64,000 nt of DNA from contig OZ255836.1 in assembly GCA_965277715.1 (NCBI GenBank), forward strand, positions 3,808,001-3,872,000. Reading direction: 5' to 3'. Below, in pieces: positions 1 to 9,664 of this stretch (within the stretch, counting starts at the first letter, position 1; each line of letters begins with the position of its first letter). The notes below the pieces were generated by a model that saw nothing but the letters and a program-made list of their open reading frames with translations, was not told the DNA's origin and made no database searches. The translations under genes and the position numbers were made by a program. The stretch comes from Gammaproteobacteria bacterium (GTDB lineage: Bacteria; Pseudomonadota; Gammaproteobacteria; JBCCGL01).

Positions 1-216
1 TTTGGCTGTGTCGCGCTTTTCCCGTGCGACTAAAAGCGATACGGCAGGGTAAACACCTAATGACAGTGTTTTTTGTTTTCCGCCAAATCGATACCCCATT
101 CGCCAGTATCGACTGCCATTTGGATGTACCAGCAAATACATACCACCACCATCTGATAATTTGTATTGCTTGCTTTTAGGTTTGGCATTTTTTACCTGAG
201 TATTATTGAATCTCAT
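1..216 (-). CDS. P4-family tyrosine integrase, N-terminal arm-binding domain (gene runs off the window)
   Basis: Not in the ORF track; hand translation from ATG at 216 gives MRFNNTQVKNAKPKSKQYKLSDGGGMYLLVHPNGSRYWRMGYRFGGKQKTLSLGVYPAVSLLVAREKRDTAK, the typical P4/IntA arm domain; lies just past a tRNA 3' end. Confidence 0.92.
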   Translation of the reverse strand, partial: MRFNNTQVKNAKPKSKQYKLSDGGGMYLLVHPNGSRYWRMGYRFGGKQKTLSLGVYPAVSLLVAREKRDTAK

Positions 217-270
217 TTGTTGGTATAAATTCTGGTGAGGTGGTTTGTACCAACAAATGTACCAGCAAGT
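216..270. repeat. Putative integrase arm-type binding repeats (att region)
   Basis: TTTGTTGGTATA (216-227) is inverted relative to the tandem TGTACCAACAAA/TGTACCAGCAAG (246-269), between integrase start and tRNA. Confidence 0.55.
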
Positions 271-378
271 TTTGCGGATGTAAACAAACCAAGGCGAACG
301 TTAAAGAACCTTATGTCTATTTAAGTTGTTGTTTTTAAAATTAAAAAATACCTTAATGAACTATATAGGTTTTTTAAA

Positions 379-454
379 TGGTGCCGGAGAGAGGAATCGA
401 ACCCCCGACCTTTTCATTACGAGTGAACTGCTCTACCGACTGAGCTACTCCGGC
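379..454 (-). tRNA. thrW: tRNA-Thr(CGU)
   Basis: Reverse complement GCCGGAGTAGCTCAGTCGGTAGAGCAGTTCACTCGTAATGAAAAGGTCGGGGGTTCGATTCCTCTCTCCGGCACCA: 76 nt, D and T loops, anticodon CGT, encoded CCA. Confidence 0.97.
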
Positions 455-461
455 ACACCAA

Positions 462-477
462 AGGCGGCAGGATTATA
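462..477 (-). promoter_or_regulatory. -10 box and GC-rich discriminator of the tRNA promoter
   Basis: Minus strand TATAAT (477-472) followed by CCTGCCGCC just upstream of the tRNA. Confidence 0.55.
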
Positions 478-673
478 GTACAAGTGTTGTCTTGCTGTAT
501 AACCCATATTTGACACTTTTATCTCAATTTAAGCCGAATTTCACCTGATTTGAGCACGCCAATATAACTAACCTATTAATTTAACTGAGTATTGTTTTTC
601 CGACATGTAAAGTAGTGCCATAATTGTACTTCCAACCATTGACACTGCCACAATTCCCTCCTATCGTCTTGCA

Positions 674-1475
674 ATGTCCATCCGTCGCACCACCATCAAA
701 AGCCGTCAATCCGGTGAACCTTACTATACCTATCGGCTGGTCTAGTCTGTTCGTTGCGAGGGTAAAGTGCGGCAACGAACGCGACTTAATTTAGGTCGCC
801 ATTTCCAGGTGCCCCGTGAGCAATGGGCACATTTGGTTCAGCGTATTGAACATATTCTCCAGGGTCAAAACGAACGCTTTCCTATTGAACTTGAGTCACA
901 GTGGGAAGAGGTAGCGCAAAGCATTGCTGCTTTGCTGGTTAACGCCAATGCACGCCAAAAAGAAACAAAGCAAACCCCACAGGACTACCAGTGCGTAGAT
1001 ATTGATAGCTTGGAGCTATTAAGAACCCCGTAGTGTGGGCGTTGAGCATGTGGCTTTACATGCGGTGCAACAGCTTGGGCTGGATCTTAAATTGGAAGCA
1101 CTGGGGTTTAATGGTCCTCAATGTCAGGCAGCATTAGGTAACCTGATAGCTCGTATGGTTGAATCGGTCAGTGAATTGGCGACCCACCACTGGCTGCAAC
1201 AACGCAGCGGTTTGGGTGAATTGTTGGAGGTAGACTATGGCAAGCTGGGACTGGAGCAACTTTATCGTGCCTCAGACAAGCTCTATGCCAATAAAACTGC
1301 ATTGGAATCGCATTGTTATCAACAGGCACGGGAACTCTTTGCCTTTGATGAGGTGATCACACTTTATGACCTTACCAACACGTATTTTGAAGACAGCGGT
1401 AAAAAAATACGAATGCCGCCTTCGGTTGTTCCAAAGAGAAACGTTCGGACTGTCCATTAGTGACCTTGGCACTGG
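674..1475 (+). pseudogene. IS1634-family transposase, inactivated and 3'-truncated
   Basis: ATG674 MSIRRTTIKSRQSGEPYYTYRLV*SVRCEGKVRQRTRLNLGRHF...; in-frame TAG, frameshifts near 1030 and 1400, LYDLTNTYFE catalytic-region motif; cut at 1475 by the IS66 end. Confidence 0.8.
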
Positions 1476-1497
1476 GTAAGCGCCCTTAAATCAGCCT

Positions 1498-3105
1498 CTA
1501 TTCCAAGGTAATGTCCAAACCGACATGCCAAGGTAGCAAGGCCTCTCTCTTTTCAAGAGTATCCGCACTGCCGATATGATTAAGGACGTGCAGTATGTAC
1601 GCATAGGGTTCAAGCCCATTAGCTTTGGCCGTTTCGATCAATGAGTAACATGTGGCACTGGCATGGGCGCCACGGGTTGAATCGGCAAACAACCAGGCTT
1701 TTCTACCCACGGCAAAAGGCCTAATGGCATTTTCAGCCAGCACGTTGCTGATGTGTAACCGTCCATCATCACAGTAGCCTGTGAGGGTATGCCATTGATT
1801 CAGTGCATAGTCCATGGCGTTACGCGTAAGGGACTTTTTAGCCACCTTAGTAATATGCTTATCCAGCCATTGTTTGAATTCTTCCAACACCGGTTGGCTA
1901 AGTTTTTGGCGAAACCTTTGTTTTTCTGCGGGTTCAAGCGCTTGTATCTTTTTCTCAATGAGATAGAGCTTGCGGATTTTACCGATGGCGGCATCGGCTT
2001 TCGAGGCACGGGGGTTTTTCGTGTTTGCTTTATCGGCAGCTTTAATGGCATCAATGAATTTTCGGCGCACATGATCCCAGCAACCGATACGTGTCAGATT
2101 TTGCTGCTCGCACACCCCGTTATACCCTGAATAGCCATCGACTTGCAGAGTGCCTTGAAAACCTTCCAGTAAGCGTTGTGGCACTTCGCCCGAACGAGAG
2201 GGGTCGTATTCAAACAACACACTGGGCTGGGCTGGAGGGCCACCGCGCGTTAGCCACATCCATTTATCGGATTGGGCGGTTTTGCCATTTTCTTTGAGTA
2301 CCTGGATACGCGTTTCGTCCATTTGCACATAATCACCGTCATTTTGACTTTCCCGCAGCAAGGTCATCAGGGGTTTAAAAACCGCTTCCAGGCGAATCAT
2401 CCAGTTGGCCATGTTGGTGCGGCTCACGGCATGTCCATAACGCTTTAAAATGCTTTCCTGGCGATACAAGGGCAACCCATCGGCGTATTTGGACACCATG
2501 ATGTTGGCGAGCAGAGCCGTGCTGGCAAAGCACTTACCCAAAGGGTGTATGGGGCGTTGCGCGGCGATGATGTGGTCATCACCTGCGTAGCTGAAGACGG
2601 CCTTTTCTTGCCAGTACTCTAAAACGTTGAGTTGTGCGGGAATGTATTGGAGTTCTTCTTTGACTTTCACAAAGAAAGTACGTGTAGCGCCTGCTTTTTC
2701 CTCATCGCTTAAGGCTAGCTCAACGCGCACACGGGGTAAACGGTTGGAGAAGCCGCGTTGACGTTTTTTCTTGTTCGTGGTCGTAGGCTGAGGTAGCAAC
2801 TCATCCGGTAGCTGGCTATCAATGTCGACAATGGCTTGTTCGAGTTCCGCTTCATCAAACAAGTCAATCTGGAAGGCAAGCTTTTCGCTGTTAGCGCCGA
2901 ACCTCTGAACCTTGGAAAGACGCAACCGTTCTTCAAGCAAACGAATGTAGTGATCGCGGTTTTTAATGGTGTTTTTGTGACGTTGAATAATTTGGTTATG
3001 GTGCGTTAATTCGGCTTCTTTTTCAGCAAGCACGATCACTAATTCAGCCGCCGTTAAGCCGATGTAATTGCGTTGTTTTTGTTGAATTTCCGATGCCAAA
3101 ACCAT
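1498..3105 (-). CDS. tnpC: IS66 transposase TnpC
   Basis: 535 aa; RFGANSEK leucine-zipper region, KYADGLPLYRQ, QMDET, QVDGY, CWDHVRRKF, NVLAENAIRPFAVGRKAWLF. Confidence 0.95.
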   Translation of the reverse strand: MVLASEIQQKQRNYIGLTAAELVIVLAEKEAELTHHNQIIQRHKNTIKNRDHYIRLLEERLRLSKVQRFGANSEKLAFQIDLFDEAELEQAIVDIDSQLPDELLPQPTTTNKKKRQRGFSNRLPRVRVELALSDEEKAGATRTFFVKVKEELQYIPAQLNVLEYWQEKAVFSYAGDDHIIAAQRPIHPLGKCFASTALLANIMVSKYADGLPLYRQESILKRYGHAVSRTNMANWMIRLEAVFKPLMTLLRESQNDGDYVQMDETRIQVLKENGKTAQSDKWMWLTRGGPPAQPSVLFEYDPSRSGEVPQRLLEGFQGTLQVDGYSGYNGVCEQQNLTRIGCWDHVRRKFIDAIKAADKANTKNPRASKADAAIGKIRKLYLIEKKIQALEPAEKQRFRQKLSQPVLEEFKQWLDKHITKVAKKSLTRNAMDYALNQWHTLTGYCDDGRLHISNVLAENAIRPFAVGRKAWLFADSTRGAHASATCYSLIETAKANGLEPYAYILHVLNHIGSADTLEKREALLPWHVGLDITLE

Positions 3106-3172
3106 CGCGTAATAATACCCAATAACCGTCTAAAAATCATTAAAATAAAATGTTTTTACACCCTTTAGCGGG

Positions 3173-3541
3173 CTAAAAAACAGACTCGTAATGCAATACT
3201 TTGTGGCCTTTCATTGCGGCTAAATCATAGCCATCAAGCAACCCGTTTATTTGCGTTCCGGTGAGTGATATGACTTCCTCATCGAGGTCAGGCCACTTAA
3301 ATTGCTCTTCGGCCAAGGCTTTGTAATACAGTACAAAACCGTTGTCCTCCCACATCAGACATTTGATTTTGTTGCAGTGCCTGTTGGTGAACACATATAG
3401 GCCACCATCAAACAGGTTGTGGCCAAGCTCTCGCTCAACAATGGCCGCAAGGCCATTGCTTTGCTTACGAAAGTCCACCGCCTCTCGGTATAAAAACACC
3501 TTTGGAATATCGAGCGATGGCCGTAAATAACGGGCCTTCAT
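3173..3541 (-). CDS. tnpB: IS66 accessory protein TnpB
   Basis: VDFRKQSNGL, VFTNR..KIKCLMWEDNGFVLYYKAL..FKWP. Confidence 0.93.
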   Translation of the reverse strand: MKARYLRPSLDIPKVFLYREAVDFRKQSNGLAAIVERELGHNLFDGGLYVFTNRHCNKIKCLMWEDNGFVLYYKALAEEQFKWPDLDEEVISLTGTQINGLLDGYDLAAMKGHKVLHYESVF

Positions 3542-3855
3542 AACTGTGCCAGTAACGCGCCAACTAACGTCACGTTAGCGGCGGTAATGCCAGAAATGGC
3601 ACAGCCATTGGCCAGCGTAAAACACAAACCCGGATCAGCCCTTTGCCTATCAGCCACCATCACTTGGGTAAAGCCTGCTACAGGCATGTTACTCTGCACT
3701 GCTTGAATAGTTTTACGGGAACATTTACGGCTCCAATAGTAAAACTGCTTCAAGTGGATGCCGTTATCCTGGCAAAACTGCGCACCACTCAAACCGGATG
3801 CTTGCCATTGTTCAATTTGATTGCGCCAGTACGACGCACGTTCTTTATTACTCAT
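3538..3855 (-). CDS. tnpA: IS66 accessory protein TnpA
   Basis: W...IEQWQASGLSGAQFCQDNGI...FYYW; 4-bp overlap with tnpB. Confidence 0.9.
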   Translation of the reverse strand: MSNKERASYWRNQIEQWQASGLSGAQFCQDNGIHLKQFYYWSRKCSRKTIQAVQSNMPVAGFTQVMVADRQRADPGLCFTLANGCAISGITAANVTLVGALLAQL

Positions 3856-3903
3856 ACTACACCTAGCGGGTATTGGGTTGCTGTGATGCAGTGTGAAGGG
3901 CGA

Positions 3904-4542
3904 TCAGAGTAATTGGTAGACGCCTATTCTTTGGCGCTTACAGTCGATATCCTCATTGCCTATTTTTGAGCTGCTTCGCCGTGGAATAACCGGAACTGAC
4001 TTTTTCTGTCTAATCTGATGGCGTAACGCTTCGCTGTCATACCCTTTGTCAGCCACCACATACTCGCTTTTTGGCAAGGCATCAATCACTTCAGGAACCG
4101 CTGTGGAGTCATTAACCTGCCCAGCAGTTATGTCAAATAATACGGGCAACCCAAACCCATCTACAATCATGTGTATTTTCGTTGTTTTCCCGCCTCGACT
4201 GTTGCCAATGGCTTGATTTTCACGCCCTCTAGTCCCTGTGCTATGTTGGTGTGCCTTCACAATACTTCCATCAATAAATGCCCATTCTTGATCGGGTTCT
4301 TCGACAAGCACATGGAAAATGTTCATTAACTTGCCTTTCGATGACCAGTCATTGAAGCGTTTATAAACACTATTCCAGTCACCAAATGACGCCGGTAAAT
4401 CTCGCCACGGACACCCCACACGCAATCGATAAAGAATTCCTTCAACGACTAACCTTAACTTCGGCTTGTCATAAATGCCTTCTTTAAGCATGATACTCCG
4501 TAGCTTCGACCAATACTCATCGTTGAGCAATAATCGGGGCAT
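3904..4542 (-). pseudogene. IS5-family transposase lacking its C-terminus
   Basis: GILYRLRVGCPWRDLP..FGDWNSVYKRFNDW, IDGSIVKAHQH, ADKGYDS; after NEDID the frame reads into the IS66 end, so the last catalytic segment is missing. Confidence 0.85.
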
Positions 4543-4631
4543 GGCAAACTCGTATTTGTTGTTTTTCGTATATCCAATGATACGAATTTGCCTTTTGTTT
4601 CAAAAGCTTATAGCTAAACGTCAACAGGCCC
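3942..4631 (-). mobile_element. IS5-family element, right part replaced by IS66
   Basis: Left end GGGCCTGTTGACG begins at the CTAG at 4631-4634; the transposase is cut at 3942. Confidence 0.75.
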
Positions 4632-4855
4632 TAGACTTTGGTAACGATAAACCAATAATCATCCCCGTCTATACGCTGCTCATCGAGTGAGTGAGCATGT
4701 ACCCGACACCAGGCTGGAATATCGCTTTGTGTGCCGGGGTCAGTGCAGACAATGGCCACAGATTCTCCACTCACTGCCTGACCAATGGCGGTTTGTAGGC
4801 GGATAACAGGCATTGGGCATAGCAACCGGCGGGCATCAACGGTGTAGTTGGCCAT
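4631..4855 (-). CDS. tusA: Sulfur carrier TusA family protein
   Basis: VDARRLLCPMPVI (CPxP motif), TDPGTQSDIPAWC; 74 aa. Confidence 0.9.
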   Translation of the reverse strand: MANYTVDARRLLCPMPVIRLQTAIGQAVSGESVAIVCTDPGTQSDIPAWCRVHAHSLDEQRIDGDDYWFIVTKV

Positions 4856-4859
4856 GCGC

Positions 4860-5912
4860 TTATACGTACCACTCGGTGGGTATATCCACCTCGGGTATGG
4901 GGGTTACCTCTATTTCATGCCCGGCGCCACTCAGCGGTACAATTTTTATCGTTACCGATTCGGCGTTGCGCCCTTTGCCGTAACGCGCCAGTACACGCGC
5001 TGCAAGATTGGCGTCCTGTGCAGAAAATTCGGTACCCTCTACCAATGCAAATGCCCCCGGATGGCTGGTTGCATAGAGATGTATAAACTGTTTTCTATAC
5101 CCTTCAAGAAAGCGGTTTTCGCCATCTTCTCTGGCAATAATAAGCTTGAAATGTGGGCGCGGGCGTAAATGCCGCCCTACTTTCAACAGCATAATATCGT
5201 CCAGCTCGTAGCGTTTCTCACCGCGATGCGTCCACATATCCGCCAGTTTTGATGCGTATGTGGCATCGGTTAAAAAACAACAGCCGCCCGCTGGTTGTGC
5301 GTACTCTTCAATATTGAGTTGATCCGCCAGGGCCATTTGCGGTTTGCGTGAACGACCACTGAAATCAAACAACTGCTCGCGATCAACCCAGCCTTCACGC
5401 TCTGGCAGTGTTATGGGAAGGTATTTGGCACACAGTGGGCGTAATAAACGTTCATCGGCTCCTGATTCTGCAGCAATAATCGGCATGGTTTTACGCCGTT
5501 GTGATTTTGGGCGCTGGCCAATCACCTCGCCGGTAATGATGAAATCAAAACCGTTTTCCTGCATCCACTCTTTGGCTTTACCCACCATAAAAACCTTGCA
5601 GTCCAGGCACGGATTGAGGTGGGCGCCATAGCCGTGCTTGGGGTTGATCACAACATCCTTATATTCCTCAACAATATCAATAATATGTAGCTTTATGCTC
5701 AGTTGCTCCGCCACCCACAAGGCGTTATTGCGCTTTTGTTTCTTTTGATCCTGTTTGCGGATGGCGTGGGTATGCCCCTCTACACAGAAGCCGGTAAAGA
5801 AGTTAATCCCTTCAACGTGTACGCCTTGTTGCTGAATAACTTTGGTTGCGAGCATCGAGTCGAGGCCGCCGGAGATAAGGGAAACCGCTTTCCTTTGAGG
5901 AGGTGATTGCAT
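4860..5912 (-). CDS. PP-loop tRNA thiolase-like protein (ThiI/MnmA-related)
   Basis: SGGLDS PP-loop, CLDCK, GEVIGQRPKSQ, PAGGCCFLTD; co-oriented with tusA 4 bp away. Confidence 0.8.
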   Translation of the reverse strand: MQSPPQRKAVSLISGGLDSMLATKVIQQQGVHVEGINFFTGFCVEGHTHAIRKQDQKKQKRNNALWVAEQLSIKLHIIDIVEEYKDVVINPKHGYGAHLNPCLDCKVFMVGKAKEWMQENGFDFIITGEVIGQRPKSQRRKTMPIIAAESGADERLLRPLCAKYLPITLPEREGWVDREQLFDFSGRSRKPQMALADQLNIEEYAQPAGGCCFLTDATYASKLADMWTHRGEKRYELDDIMLLKVGRHLRPRPHFKLIIAREDGENRFLEGYRKQFIHLYATSHPGAFALVEGTEFSAQDANLAARVLARYGKGRNAESVTIKIVPLSGAGHEIEVTPIPEVDIPTEWYV

Positions 5913-6110
5913 GTGGTGTGGGCTAAGCGTGATTAACAGGGCGCTATATTACCTGTTTGCCGGGCGGCAATCGACAGTAATGCCGTTTACATATACGCAT
6001 CCAGCCTGTATTTTCAGTACATTAAGCATTTGTAGTGGATTCAACTGAGTGTTAGAAAGGTGACCGGCTTGAACAGGTGTGTGTGTGTCTTGTTGTCAGG
6101 TTCTAAACAC

Positions 6111-6314
6111 ATGCAGGAATTTTTTAACACAGTTGGCCCGCAAATGGCGGATATCAACTACACGGTTTATCCCTATAAACAAGCAAGCGAAGCACTGGTT
6201 AAGTTACGACAAACTCATCTGGATCAACTGACCGATAAGCTCAGCGAGCGGCGTATTCACCGGGTCATCAGCGCTATCCTCGCCTTTAACGCCAGTGATA
6301 CAGCAATGCTCTAG
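6111..6314 (+). pseudogene. Internally deleted remnant of an AAA-like ATPase
   Basis: Start MQEFFNTVGP is joined almost directly to LRQTHLDQLTDKLSERRIHRVISAIL; both segments resemble the N-terminus and a much later region of 'FFNTAGP' AAA-like proteins; no Walker motifs remain. Confidence 0.5.
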
Positions 6315-6672
6315 GGAAAAAAATTTACCATCGTCCCAGAGGGGAAACATGCTCTATTGATGTTCGGGGTGCTTGAAGCGTTGGTTTGTAGCGGCCTAAA
6401 CGGAGGCATAGAGATTTTTTAGTACAACACTTAAATTTCTATAAAATCAATAGTTTAAATTTATATTTTGCCAAAGATGTTAAGAGATCATCTACTTTTG
6501 ATAGGGCGGCTGTATATAGTATCTGTTTACCGGATGGCAAGTGTTCAGGGTGAGTAACTTGGCATGTTGTATCAATTATTTGGTGAAAAATTTTATAAAT
6601 TTCTAATATTATTGTTTTTATTGGTATATTCTTAGTAGTGTTTTCGGTGATTATATTATTGGTATATATACA

Positions 6673-8796
6673 ATGATTCAAGATAAAAGCAAAGTTTCTT
6701 CGAGCAGTGCCACTTCAGGTGAGCATATTCGCGAAAAAAATAATACAGTGAGCACGGGTGATGTAGAAAATCGCTTCAAGCATTTTGCTAATATTGCCGT
6801 GGATCTATTTTGGGAGACAGATGCCGAATTGCGTTTCACTTACCTTTCTGACGGTTATGAAGCGGCTACTGGTATCGCGCCAGAATTAGTTATTGGCACC
6901 AGTAGAAAAGATTTGATCAGAGATATGGTCGATGAAAAAACATGCGAGGAACATTTTAGGTTACTCGATCAACATTTACCGTATGATAACCTTATATATC
7001 AATGGAAAGGTCACGATGGGCGGTTGATCACTATAAAGAGCAGGGGACAACCTTATTTTGATGAACAAAAGGTATTTTGTGGTTATCGGGGTGTCGCCAG
7101 TGATATTACTGAAAGTTGTAAGGCGCAGTTAGCACTCAAGGCGAGTGAAGAGCGGTTTCAGGCATTTGCGGAAATTGCTGCAGATTTATTTTGGGAAACC
7201 GATGATAAGTTGCGATTTACCTATCTCTCTGATCGATATAAAGAAATCACGGGAGTTTCGCCAGAGAAAGTGCTTGGCATGGAACGTAAAGAACTTGTGT
7301 TGGAAATGCTCAACCCCAAGCAGCGGGAACAGCACCGAAAGGATCTCGAAGAAAAGCTCCCCTATGATGATCTGGAATATGAATGGTGTGTACCAGGTGG
7401 TCACCGGTTAATTCTTAGAAGTAGTGCCCGCCCATTTTACGATGATCAGGGAAAATTTCGTGGTTACCGTGGGGTCGCACGCGATATTACAGCGACATAC
7501 CAAGCGCAAAAGATGATCTACCATGCCACTCACGACTATTTAACTGGATTGGTCAACCGTCGTGCATTTCAGGAGCGCTTGGAAAAAGCAGTGATAAGTG
7601 CCCAAGATCGGCCTACAACGCATGTGCTGTGCTACCTGGATCTTGATCAGTTCAAGGTTGTTAATGATACCACTGGTCATGAAAGTGGCGATAACTTACT
7701 CAGAGAAATCAGCGATCTTATTAAACGACATATAAGACAGCGGGATACGCTGGCTCGCCTTGGTGGCGATGAGTTTGGGTTACTAATGGATAACTGTACC
7801 ACCGAGCAAGGTAAGAAAGTTGCTGAAAAGCTTGTAGCGGCAATCGATGCATATCAATTTAAATGGAAGGGGCGTAGCTTTAAGGTTGGTGTCAGTATTG
7901 GTCTGGTTTCTATTGATAGCTCAGCAAGCAGTGCCCAGCAGTTACTTAGCCAGGCAGATGTCGCCTGTTACACAGCCAAAGACATGGGGCGAAACTGTGC
8001 TTATACCTATCAGCCGGAGAGCGATGGCCTGGATCGTCGGCACAGTGAAATTATCCGGGCAGCGGAGTTAAAGGATGCACTTAGCGATGATCGTTTCAAC
8101 CTTGTTGCGCAACAAATTGTACCATTGCGTCCACAGCATAGTAGCTGTAAACAGTATGAAATATTACTGCGCATGCAAGGAGCAGATAAGAATGAGTTGT
8201 CACCCGATGAGTTTATTCCTGCTGCAGAACGTTATGGCCTTATGCCTATGATTGATCAGTATGTATTCGATCAAGCATTGGAAGTACTGGGTACTGCATT
8301 GAAATCCAATAAGATAACCCGTATCAACATTAATGTATCTGGGAAGTCAATGGTTGACAATACGCTATTTGAGTATGCTGCCCAAGCTGTGCGCAATAAG
8401 AAAATACCGCCCGAAAGTATCTGCTTCGAAATTACTGAAACATCACTAATTAATAATCTATCCAGTGTGGCAGAGTTGATCGATGCTATGAAAGCAGAGG
8501 GTTTCCAATTTGCACTTGACGACTTTGGTAGTGGCTTTTCATCATTTACTTACATGAAACAATTGCCAGTGAATTACCTGAAGATTGATGGAACATTTGT
8601 TCACAATATTGCCACTGATAATAAAAATCGTGCAATTGTTAAAGCAATTACCGAAATGGGCCACTCTATGGGTATGCAGACGATTGCGGAATATGCTGAA
8701 TCCCAGGCAGTAGTTGATACATTGACTGAACTGGGTGTTGACTGGGCTCAGGGTTTTGCATTGGGCAGAGTGGTGCCAGTTACTGAGATAATCTAA
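6673..8796 (+). CDS. PAS-PAS-GGDEF-EAL c-di-GMP signalling protein
   Basis: Two similar PAS/PAC repeats (DLFWETD...YRGVA.DIT), RLGGDEF, EILLRM (EAL variant), EITE, ALDDFGSG, KID. Confidence 0.93.
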   Translation: MIQDKSKVSSSSATSGEHIREKNNTVSTGDVENRFKHFANIAVDLFWETDAELRFTYLSDGYEAATGIAPELVIGTSRKDLIRDMVDEKTCEEHFRLLDQHLPYDNLIYQWKGHDGRLITIKSRGQPYFDEQKVFCGYRGVASDITESCKAQLALKASEERFQAFAEIAADLFWETDDKLRFTYLSDRYKEITGVSPEKVLGMERKELVLEMLNPKQREQHRKDLEEKLPYDDLEYEWCVPGGHRLILRSSARPFYDDQGKFRGYRGVARDITATYQAQKMIYHATHDYLTGLVNRRAFQERLEKAVISAQDRPTTHVLCYLDLDQFKVVNDTTGHESGDNLLREISDLIKRHIRQRDTLARLGGDEFGLLMDNCTTEQGKKVAEKLVAAIDAYQFKWKGRSFKVGVSIGLVSIDSSASSAQQLLSQADVACYTAKDMGRNCAYTYQPESDGLDRRHSEIIRAAELKDALSDDRFNLVAQQIVPLRPQHSSCKQYEILLRMQGADKNELSPDEFIPAAERYGLMPMIDQYVFDQALEVLGTALKSNKITRININVSGKSMVDNTLFEYAAQAVRNKKIPPESICFEITETSLINNLSSVAELIDAMKAEGFQFALDDFGSGFSSFTYMKQLPVNYLKIDGTFVHNIATDNKNRAIVKAITEMGHSMGMQTIAEYAESQAVVDTLTELGVDWAQGFALGRVVPVTEII

Positions 8797-8800
8797 ATGC

Positions 8801-9430
8801 TTATTGTTTTTGCAGTAAACAATAAATTCCATTTGGGTTGTCGCTGGCGATGTATAAATCTACTTTGGACTCCAGTATCTTTACAGTATTGCTTTCAGCA
8901 AGCGATCTAATATGCTCATCAAACCCCATATCAGACCAAGCCTCGGTATGCACAGTAAAGGCGAAGTAGCCGCCTGGCCGAAGCAGGCGCAAAATTTCAT
9001 CAATAGGCTTCGGGCCAACGTGACCGTACGTAAAAGTGCCAGAACTTACTGCTGCATCGTAATATTTATCAGGTAAATCAATTGGTTGGTTTAAGTCCTT
9101 GTTATAGAGTACTCTATACAAACCCCTCTTGTGGGCTATGTCCAGCATCTCACTGGAAAAATCTATACCATCAAAAACATAATCATCGACTTTTTTTAGG
9201 TGGTAAGCCGTGAGCCCAGTCCCACAGCCTACATCTAAGATAGTGGTTGATGGTGTTAAGTAAGGTGTGATTTGCCTGGCAAGTACACCAGGAGCGACCC
9301 AATTAAGATTTTGTTCAACATGGGCATCGTAGTTTTCCGCCCAGTTTTTGTAGAACGATAAAGTATCTCCTCTATCGCACAGGAAGTAAGCTTCTGCCAG
9401 AAAAGGATCTCCATGTGGATCAGCTTTCAC
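8801..9430 (-). CDS. Class I SAM-dependent methyltransferase
   Basis: ILDVGCGTGL motif I, GIDFSSEML, GTFTYGHVGP. Confidence 0.88.
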   Translation of the reverse strand: MKADPHGDPFLAEAYFLCDRGDTLSFYKNWAENYDAHVEQNLNWVAPGVLARQITPYLTPSTTILDVGCGTGLTAYHLKKVDDYVFDGIDFSSEMLDIAHKRGLYRVLYNKDLNQPIDLPDKYYDAAVSSGTFTYGHVGPKPIDEILRLLRPGGYFAFTVHTEAWSDMGFDEHIRSLAESNTVKILESKVDLYIASDNPNGIYCLLQKQ

Positions 9431-9664
9431 GGGGTATCTCCCGAATATATGGGTATGTTGCAGAGTAACATGGGCTAAAGAATAGTAACACCGGACTATA
9501 ATAAATAGGACTAACTAGCCATCAACTCATCAGCCAATGCCAATATTTTAATCGTTTGATATTATTTATAGCAGAAACAATGCCTGATAGTGATTATATG
9601 TTCAACAAAAGTTGTTAGCTACCAAGGAGATTAGGCTAGCTGGAGGGGACGTTATTGTTAGCTA

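Larger units (their letters stand above)
1476..3941 (-). mobile_element. IS66-family element, complete (tnpA-tnpB-tnpC)
   Basis: Terminal inverted repeats GTAAGCGCC at 1476 and GGCGCTTAC ending at 3941 enclose three IS66 genes. Confidence 0.92.

Noticed and set aside
581-775. 64-aa minus-strand ORF
   Set aside because: Antisense shadow of the IS1634 transposase 5' end
6439-6681. 80-aa ORF in AT-rich DNA
   Set aside because: No recognisable motif; overlaps the likely promoter of the GGDEF-EAL gene
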